This document shows, one piece after another, positions 56,805-64,000 of a stretch of 64,000 bases of DNA. Positions within the stretch are counted from its first letter, which is position 1; every line of letters starts with the position of its first letter. The DNA comes from an uncultured Candidatus Binatia bacterium. GTDB lineage: Bacteria; Desulfobacterota; Binatia; UBA9968; JAJDTQ01. Location: assembly GCA_964291295.2 (NCBI GenBank), contig OZ219754.1, positions 288,001 to 352,000 of the forward strand, read 5' to 3'. A model generated the notes under the pieces. The model did no database searches. It was not told the origin of the DNA and saw only the letters and a program-made list of their open reading frames with translations. The translations under genes and the position numbers were made by a program.

Positions 56805-58043
56805 CTAATCTGGCCACCGGGCAGAAACATCATACTCGAATAATTCTCTTTTGGAATTTCTCTTCCGAATCACGCGACACCGGACGTCGTCAAAGCCGAT
56901 GTCTTCAAGCATCGCCACGTACAGCCGCTCCACCGGCAACAAGGTGCCGTAGAACGTCGAATTACCTATGATGTAATGCAATTCACTGCCCTTCTTGACT
57001 ATAGTCAATAAAGAATTGAGATGCCTCCAAATATCATTGAAATACTTGGCCACATATTTCGCAAGTATCATCCCGTTTTTGTTTTCACCATGCGCAATTT
57101 TGTTCAAAGGTTCATCAAGTAGTGGATGCGTAAACGATTCACCCGTCGGCTCCCAATCGATAAGCCTGCTGGTCGCAACGCCCCATGTGCCACCAATCGC
57201 CGACCAGTCCAATTCACCTGCATCGCGTCCGTTGCCCAGAAATCCAAGCCAATACATGTAAGGCCGGAGCTCTCGAATATACGACATTCGATTGACATAT
57301 GGCGGCGACGTAATAATCAAATCGAAAGTATCACCGGCCACCTGCTCCAGGTTTCTGGCATCCCCAAGGATCACTTGACCCAATCCGCTCGGATTATCTT
57401 CGGCGCCATCCAGGACAAATTGCAAGTCGGCACCGAACCTCTGCTCCATATCTCCGCCAAACGGCATGCACAGTTGATCTTCATCCTTGAAGGACATGGA
57501 CTGGTGGTTGAACGCAGCGTTTGAAAGACCCATCAGCGTCCTGCAAAACGCCACCGACAGGAGGTCTCTTTCAGGTGACCGCGGCTCGCTCTCAGCCGCA
57601 ATGCAAGACTTCAGTCTGCATAGAAACACCAACGCCTCCTTACGCCACCATCGATCAATGTTGTGAATAGGCGGCGTTTCGGCTGGATCGACAACACCCG
57701 TCCTGAACGCGCCCATCACTCGTGCATACGCGGAGCGGGTGGATGCCAGATCAGCGCCGGAGTAGTGGGCAACCTTCACCCCACCAAACCATACTAGGAA
57801 CGGGTTGATATCTGTCGTTATACCTTCGTGTCCTTGGCAAGCGGCGCTCAGGGCTGTTGTGGCGGTTCCGCAAAATGGATCCAGTACACGCTTCGGTGGG
57901 TCGTATCGATCTATGATTTCGTCCACTTTCTTGACCGAATATGCGGGCGTTAGCCGCAGCCAGCCATGTCGGCCTGAATTCGTATTGAATCGATGTGTGT
58001 AGTCTGCCCTTTGTCGCGCCTTCTCACCGGCAATGACCGTCAT
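56805..58043 (-). CDS. DNA amino-methyltransferase, alpha class, probably N4-cytosine
   Basis: Motif I VLDPFCGTATT precedes motif IV IITSPPY; IIGNS. Confidence 0.88.
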   Translation of the reverse strand: MTVIAGEKARQRADYTHRFNTNSGRHGWLRLTPAYSVKKVDEIIDRYDPPKRVLDPFCGTATTALSAACQGHEGITTDINPFLVWFGGVKVAHYSGADLASTRSAYARVMGAFRTGVVDPAETPPIHNIDRWWRKEALVFLCRLKSCIAAESEPRSPERDLLSVAFCRTLMGLSNAAFNHQSMSFKDEDQLCMPFGGDMEQRFGADLQFVLDGAEDNPSGLGQVILGDARNLEQVAGDTFDLIITSPPYVNRMSYIRELRPYMYWLGFLGNGRDAGELDWSAIGGTWGVATSRLIDWEPTGESFTHPLLDEPLNKIAHGENKNGMILAKYVAKYFNDIWRHLNSLLTIVKKGSELHYIIGNSTFYGTLLPVERLYVAMLEDIGFDDVRCRVIRKRNSKRELFEYDVSARWPD

Positions 58044-58855
58044 ATCGCCTCCGATTCCAGTAGAGAACGCAAGATGGCATCAATTTCCTCTCGAAGCGTG
58101 GAACTGTTACGCTCGAAAAAGGCGGCTAGATCATAGCCAATGACATCTCGCATAAAATCATAGGTGGAGACCAAGGGATCTGTAGTACCGAGAGTGCCAG
58201 TCACGACGGACCACTTTTCCGCTCGATAGCGCATCAGAACGTCATTGTCTATCTGCCCCGATAGAATGACCACACAGGGCAAGTAGCCCTTGGTGTACGC
58301 TGCCACAGCATTGGCGATGTCGGCATTCTGTCTCTTCGAGTCCTTGCTTTTGTAACCCTGTCGAACCTCGAAAATCGCGCCTGACAAGCTTCTGAATACC
58401 CTTTCATCGACATCCAGCATCCTGGCGGACTCGGTCATCCATCCAAGGAAACGGTCTCGCCTTGCCTTGTCCTTGATCTTGTCAAGGGAAACTCGGCCAT
58501 CCAGATGCTGCGTTCGCTTTCGTCCGCCAGGCAATGTTACCTGATACGACCATGTGACATCTTCCCTCGACAGGTCCATGGAGTCGCTGATGACTCTGCG
58601 AAACAGCTTCTCGCATCCGGTTCCTATCTGTCGATATACGCTGGTTATGCCACCTGCAGCTTTGTGAGCTGCGTACACTATCGGGTTGTCGAGCCCAAGC
58701 CAACTGTAGAACGCATCTCCCTGATACAGCTCTCGAAATTGCCCAAGCGTCAACCCGCCATTCTTTGGCCCTCGTCCGAACTTCGGTTGGTACCGGGAAG
58801 AGACTCTGATCGCGTCCAGAACGATCTGTAGATACTCTTCGTCCTTGGCATCCAT
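58040..58855 (-). CDS. Putative type II restriction endonuclease (start at 58855 or 58870)
   Basis: ATGA-coupled to the MTase; LDGR...FEVRQG variant PD-(D/E)XK core; lower GC. Confidence 0.65.
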   Translation of the reverse strand: MDAKDEEYLQIVLDAIRVSSRYQPKFGRGPKNGGLTLGQFRELYQGDAFYSWLGLDNPIVYAAHKAAGGITSVYRQIGTGCEKLFRRVISDSMDLSREDVTWSYQVTLPGGRKRTQHLDGRVSLDKIKDKARRDRFLGWMTESARMLDVDERVFRSLSGAIFEVRQGYKSKDSKRQNADIANAVAAYTKGYLPCVVILSGQIDNDVLMRYRAEKWSVVTGTLGTTDPLVSTYDFMRDVIGYDLAAFFERNSSTLREEIDAILRSLLESEAI

Positions 58856-59430
58856 GGCTTTTATCGTCACTTTCAGAATCGCTGGGACAAGCCAGCTGGA
58901 ATGGTCCCGGTTGGCTTGCCGCCCGTGGGTTGCTTCGATATGTCATGTGCTGATGCCCATGACATGGGGGAGTAGCCTTTGGGATTCGTGCCGGACATTA
59001 TCGTGGGTTCAGGGAAAGGCTGGATAACCCTGAGTTCGCTGGGACTGAATCAATGGAATCAACCGGCAGCGCCCGCCCCCCGGCCGCGCCATCGCCTTTT
59101 TCAGACCTTCCCGGGGTGAGGTCGTCGGGCTTGGCCTCGCACCCGCGCAGGCGGGGTATCTCCCTGCCGGCCTGCAATCCGTCAACAGGAACAGACGGAT
59201 CGCCGCGACACAGACCGGTTTTTCATCTTTGCGCAGGCGCGGGATCGCGTTGCGACCACGGCGTGGGCCGGAGACGCCGCCAAATCGTGCGGGCACCGGT
59301 CTTGCCAACTGGCAGGACCGCGCGGTCGCCGTGGATCTGCTTTCATTTGAGCCGCAGCGCCTCGAACTTGCGCGCGCCCATGTAGCGCGCCGCGACAGGA
59401 AGGAGGAGAGGCCGGAACCCCTCCGGCAGG

Positions 59431-59976
59431 TCAGAACCCTTCCATCTGCCGGTCTTCCAGCTCCTCCTTGCCCTTGTCGTCGATGGAGTAGACGCCGTCT
59501 TCGGCGGAGATCAGCTCGGGGTCGTAGTAGAGTCTGGACAGTTCAAGGCCGTCTTCGTATTCGACCATGCGGATGGCGTCCCAGGGGCAGATCTTCTTGT
59601 CGAGGCGGTCTTCGGAATCGGTGCCAATGAGCTGGAGGTCGCTCTTCCTGGGCTCCTGCTCCTTATCCAGAGGCTTCCTGTCGCTGTTGTAGAATCGGTT
59701 GCCGTACTCGAAAAAAATCTCGCCGGTGTTCTTGTGCTCGTGGATCTTGGTGAGGTCGTCGCTGTAGCACATCTGGCAGCCGATGCACTTCTCGTTGTCC
59801 ACCCAGACCCGGTAGGGTTTGAGACCGCCCGCGGGCATCTCCTCGTAGAGCAGGTTGATGCAGTCGTCCACCGGGCAGTGCACCTCGCACAGCGGCGACC
59901 CCGCGCAACTCGTGCAGTTCTCGTTCATCACGGCCAGCAGCGCCGTGCCCTTTCTCTTCCTGGCAGCTTCAGCCAT
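59431..59976 (-). CDS. 4Fe-4S dicluster ferredoxin-like protein with insertion
   Basis: CTSCAGSPLCEVHCP and CIGCQMC...ICPWDAI. Confidence 0.8.
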   Translation of the reverse strand: MAEAARKRKGTALLAVMNENCTSCAGSPLCEVHCPVDDCINLLYEEMPAGGLKPYRVWVDNEKCIGCQMCYSDDLTKIHEHKNTGEIFFEYGNRFYNSDRKPLDKEQEPRKSDLQLIGTDSEDRLDKKICPWDAIRMVEYEDGLELSRLYYDPELISAEDGVYSIDDKGKEELEDRQMEGF

Positions 59977-60790
59977 CGGCCGTCACCCTTGTCCTCGCCT
60001 TGTACCGGAACCAGAAGAACAGGCCCAGCGCCAACAACAGGAACACCCAGTAGTACCGTACCACACCGACCGTGGCCCATTCGAGCCAATAGACGAAATT
60101 CGGCGACTGGCGGCTCAGGCGCGCCAAGGCGGCCTGGGCCCCTGAATAGTCGCGCAGTTCCTTGCGCACCCGGGCCAGGCCGTAAAGCGCCCCCTCGTCC
60201 TCGGGCCGTACCGCCAGGGTCTTCTCGAAGTCGGCCCCGGCCGCCTGCCAGTTGCCCTGCTCCACATGGGCCCAGCCCCGGTTGCTGGCGGCCTTGGCGA
60301 AGTCCGGATCGAGTTCCATGGCGCGGGAGAAGCTGCGGATGGCGGACTCCAGATCGCCCTTCCGCTTCAGCGCCACGCCGAGGTTGTTGTGAACCTCGGG
60401 AACCTCGGGCTTGAGCGCCGTCACCTTCCGGTACGACGCCACCGCCGTGTCGACATCGCCCGTGACCTCCAGATCAAGCCAGCCCAGCAGCGTCAGCGCC
60501 TCGGCGTCGTCCGGGGCCAGCGACACGGCCCTTTTCACATGGGCCAGGGCCGCCTCCGTATCGCCCCGCCGCAGCGCCGCCAGCGCCGCCACCTGCCGGA
60601 GTTGCGGCTCATCGGGATATCGCTCCAGCAGCTTGTCGAACTTCTCCGAGGCATCCCGGGCCTTGCCCGCGGCCAAGTCCTTTCGGCCGGCGCGCCACAG
60701 ATCCTCATCGAGCAGCGCGGCCGGCGTCTCGCCGAAAACGCCCAGGACCGCAGCCAATACCACCAGAAACCGCACCACCCTCACTTCCAC
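59969..60790 (-). CDS. TPR-repeat protein, membrane-anchored
   Basis: N-terminal signal/TM, TPR repeats (HNNLGVAL, SNRGWA), C-terminal TM; start uncertain. Confidence 0.85.
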   Translation of the reverse strand: MEVRVVRFLVVLAAVLGVFGETPAALLDEDLWRAGRKDLAAGKARDASEKFDKLLERYPDEPQLRQVAALAALRRGDTEAALAHVKRAVSLAPDDAEALTLLGWLDLEVTGDVDTAVASYRKVTALKPEVPEVHNNLGVALKRKGDLESAIRSFSRAMELDPDFAKAASNRGWAHVEQGNWQAAGADFEKTLAVRPEDEGALYGLARVRKELRDYSGAQAALARLSRQSPNFVYWLEWATVGVVRYYWVFLLLALGLFFWFRYKARTRVTADG

Positions 60791-60966
60791 ATCTGGTCAG
60801 GGATCTCGTCCTCCCGGCCCTCATCGATCAGCCTGTCGTTTCTGATGGCTTGCCGCAGGCCGACCCAGGTAAAGAACAAAACGAGAATCAGCATGCCCAC
60901 GATGGGAATGTTGTCGGGTTTGGTTACGATCTCCATGAAGTAGTACAAGCCGGACTGTTCTTCCAT
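60781..60966 (-). CDS. Small single-TM protein (KPDNIPIV motif)
   Basis: 61-aa ORF with one hydrophobic helix and host-like codon use. Confidence 0.7.
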   Translation of the reverse strand: MEEQSGLYYFMEIVTKPDNIPIVGMLILVLFFTWVGLRQAIRNDRLIDEGREDEIPDQMWK

Positions 60967-61347
60967 GCGAATCGACCCCTCTGGCGAATCAAAACCCTGC
61001 AGGCCGGCCTCCCGCAGATCCCCACTCCGATGGGGGTCGGGACAGGATGCACAGGCCCGGAGAGGTCTTGAGGCACGAGTTCTTGAGGCACGAATAACGA
61101 TTATTGAAGTAACGGTTATTGGATATTCATGGGCTTGTCAATGAACGGCCTGAACAGCGAAAACCCCGTTCGAGTTCCAAGGGTGGCGCGGGCGGCGGGA
61201 ACCGGGCCTTCAGGCAGCCTGCGCCGATGGGACACGGTCGGGTGGTTCGGGTGCGCTGATGGGGCATCGGCGGAGCGGCGATGGCGGGCAGGCCATCCGG
61301 TGTCCGCTCTCGTGTTACCACGACCGCCGGGACAGTCTGTCGGGGGG

Positions 61348-63119
61348 CAGGGAAAATTTTTAGTCGAGCCGCGGGCTTTGTGTGAGTGATGTCGGTCTGG
61401 CTGCCGGTGTTTTGGGGAACCCCAGACGTTTCTGGCCGCCGTCGTGGTGGTTTCTTGATGCCGCGGTCCGGTGTTTTCGTCCTCGACGGGCGCAGTTGTT
61501 TTGCCGCGCCGTTCTTCGGCCCGAGCCTGTGGGGCGGTGGGGGGTGCGGTATCAGCCGATGGGCGCGATCATAATCGCGTCGAGGGCCTCTTGGGCGCGG
61601 GCGGCGTAGTGCCGGTTCGCCTCGGGTACATATCGGAAGCGCCCGTCGCAGCGCACGATAGCGATGGCCGCGTTGCTCAAGCAGGCCAGATTTCCGGGCA
61701 GGTGGCGCACATGTGCCCGGCAACGGTCTTCGTCATGGGTGAAGTCACGCACATAGTACACACGGTTCTCGATGTGCCAGTGGTTGCGCACCAGATCGAG
61801 AAGCTCCTTGGGGCCGGCTCGCTCTGCGCCAAGCGTCGTCAGGCTCCAGGTGACCTCGATGCTGCGCTTGCCGGTTCTGAGCATCTTGCCATCGCGTTCC
61901 ATGCGCATTGCCTGGCGGCGCCCGTGAAGGTGGGCGTAGCCGTCCCACTCGGCAGCGCAGAGGTCGACGACGGCACCGCGTCGGCGCTCAATGCGACCAT
62001 GGCGCTTGTCGACGGTTTCGTGCCAGGGCGCATCGCTGAAGTCGATCGCCTTGAGGTCTTCGAGGATGGTCTGCGGGTTGCCCTTCACCGCGCTGACCAC
62101 GTAGTCGGCACGGCGTTCGAGCAGACAACGCGCGGTCTCGTGCTGGGCGTGCATCGCATCGATGGTGACGATCCGGCCTGTGAGGTCGAGACCGATGGAG
62201 AGTGCGCGCACGGCCGGGAGCCGGTGTCATGCGCCACCGCAGCGACCATCCTCCTGCGCCGGTCTTCGGTCTGCTTCGAGGCGCCGCGCAAATCCTTTCC
62301 GTCCATGGCCACAGGCGCGTGCGCACTGCTGTGCTGTCCGGCCCACTGGCCGATGGCATTGTCCAGGGTCTGTGGCCGCAGAGCGGCGAGAATGTTGTGG
62401 AAGGTGGTGACCGCCGGCGGCGTGTAGCACTGCCTGGATGGGCTCCAGAAGGCGCCCACCGCCTTCAGTTGCTTCGGGGAGAGCAGGGCGGCGAACTGGG
62501 CGAAGGCGTTCACACCCCGGTATCCGGCAAGCCGGGCGGCAACGGCCAGCGTCAGAATGGTGGTGAGCGCATAGCGCTTGCCCCGGGCATGGCGGTATTC
62601 GGGCACCTCGCCCAAACACTCGAACAGGCTGCGCAGCCGGGGCGCCGCCCGCAGGTCCTGCGACAGCCGCCGCACGCTCAGCCCCAGCACCCGCGAGGCA
62701 AGGTTGGGAACTCGCTCAGGCGTCAGGATGACAAAGCGCGAGTTGTTGGCGACCAGATGCAGGCGACGGAACTGCTGCTCCGCCGACCACCCGATCCAGC
62801 GGTCCCGCGCTCCCACCTTGAACGCTCCAGGCTGCCAGCCAACCAGGGCAAGCCAGGCCTCGCCATGAACCGCGACATGGCGCAGACCCTTGCCCATGAT
62901 GCCGTGGAACCGCAGATAGTGGTGCGCCGCTACCAAATCGTCCCAGCGCCGGTGCTCCCGTGCCCCCCAGGTCGGGCGCACCGTGACCGCGCGAAGATCA
63001 ACCCAAACACCCGCAAACAGAAACCTCGCCATGACCGGCACACTGCCATATCAAGAAAGAAATGGTCACCCCGGACTTCACCTCAACCTGTCCCACAGGC
63101 AGACAATTAATTCGCCCTG
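61348..63119 (-). mobile_element. ISAs1-family IS, degenerate; transposase fused to a DUF4338-like domain
   Basis: Imperfect IRs CAGGGAAAATTTTTAGTC and CAGGGCGAATTAATTGTC; ISAs1 motifs MDGKDLRGA, IVTIDAMHAQ, VKGN, HGRIE.R, RNHWHIEN, F.ED. Confidence 0.85.
61552..63041 (-). pseudogene. ISAs1 transposase split by a frameshift/deletion near 62210
   Basis: Two overlapping ORFs (62085-63041, 61552-62211) carry consecutive parts of the transposase. Confidence 0.8.
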
Positions 63120-63600
63120 GAGGGTGACGTGACCACACCAGATCACCTTTGTTCCCGGGGATGGTCCTCGGGTGCGATGGATATGACCGCCGATCCGCGC
63201 CAGGGTCAGCACGGCGGTGGCCAGGGTATCGGGAGGGGCGTAGCGCTGTCGTGCGGCGAAGGCCTTCAGCGCCTTGATTTCGAGTTCGGAGAACAGGATG
63301 TCGGGTGACAACGTCCGGATGATCGCGTCCGAGCAGTGTCATCAGGTGAATGCGCCATGCGATGACAAGGTTGATGGCCACGACCCGGGCGAAGCGATCG
63401 GTCGAGCGGTTTTCGAGTTCCTCGACCTTGCAACCGGACTTCAGGGTCCGGTGCCAGTCCTCGATCCGCCAGCGCCGGGCGTAGTACCCGACCACGGTCC
63501 CGCGGCCCTCCAAGGTGTCGGTCGGAAGGGTGGTGAACAGCAGCCAGCGGATCGGGACGGCATCGCCGGGCGCACGCGCCTCCTCGACCATCACCGCCAG
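63120..63600 (-). pseudogene. IS4-family (IS50/Tn5-like) transposase fragment
   Basis: PIRWLLFTT, YYARRWRIEDWHRTLKSGCKVE, LARIGG...PGTKVIW; frameshift near 63310; cut by the ISAs1 end. Confidence 0.8.
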
Positions 63601-63773
63601 ATTCTTGCACGGTCAGCCTCTCCGTGGTATGGACTGCCGGATATGAAATGGAACGAAGGCTTGACGCTTGCTGAATGCCAGATGATGTTGCCGGAGGGAA
63701 GTTCCGTGGCATCGTACCAAGGCCGCTTCTGAAGGCGGGAGGAGAATTCGAGAATGAAAAGGAGAAGATACTG

Positions 63774-64000
63774 ATGTACACGATGATGCACAGGAATGTG
63801 GCGGCGATCTTCGGTGCGGTGGTGCTGGCCGTCGGGCTTGCGGCATGCGGCGGCAGCAGCAACAACCGGACCCCGGAGACTACTACCCCCCCCCCCCCCC
63901 CCCCACTGACGGAAGTTGAGACGATCCTGAAGGAGACCCGGACCGCGGCCATGACCGCGTCCGACAAGGCCATGACCGCGTCCGACAACGCCGGGACGTC
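63774..64000 (+). CDS. Lipoprotein, N-terminal part (truncated by window edge)
   Basis: AGGAGA RBS; signal peptide with LAAC-GG lipobox; TTTPPPPPP linker; AMTASD repeat. Confidence 0.8.
   Translation, partial: MYTMMHRNVAAIFGAVVLAVGLAACGGSSNNRTPETTTPPPPPPLTEVETILKETRTAAMTASDKAMTASDNAGT
63886..63904 (+). repeat. C19 homopolymer
   Basis: 19 consecutive C within the lipoprotein ORF. Confidence 0.9.

Noticed and set aside
61052-61069. PyrR-binding-loop-like hairpin AGGCCCGGAGAGGTCT
   Set aside because: Not upstream of any pyrimidine gene and lacks the flanking conserved elements
62600-63041. Druantia anti-phage system
   Set aside because: The DUF4338-like segment lies within IS ends, fused to a transposase; no druE or other dru genes are present

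Overview
High-GC bacterial chromosome segment; gene content and order suggest a Deltaproteobacteria/Binatota-like organism (inference). Most of it is housekeeping: acyl-CoA carboxylase operon, tatC/tatA, fabF-fabH, comM, guaB-guaA-dnaE-hflX, tRNA-Val-thrS-infC-rpmI-rplT-pheS-pheT-ihfA-merR-tRNA-Pro-pcm-nlpD-apt, thiC and hisI-hisG. Interleaved with these are a ureide/pyrimidine-like catabolic cluster (two DUF1989, two M20 hydrolases, pyrE, pyrR, an ABC importer, a lone PaaA/BoxB-like diiron protein, ETF), a decayed accessory stretch next to comM, a lower-GC restriction-modification islet and an IS graveyard at the right end. The most notable items are missed by the ORF track: (1) a self-contained ~150-nt transcription unit at 340-527 with a near-consensus sigma70 promoter, ~15 nt of complementarity to the 16S 3' end, a 12-aa CxC micro-ORF and a terminator; (2) a thiC 5' leader that is not a TPP riboswitch but folds into a three-way junction beside the RBS; (3) an ArsC/Spx-like selenoprotein (UxxC plus SECIS-like hairpin); (4) a 181-bp MITE between pheS and pheT; (5) a C19 tract in a lipoprotein gene; (6) active-site-variant UbiD and M20 enzymes. 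All calls come from reading the sequence; no searches were run.
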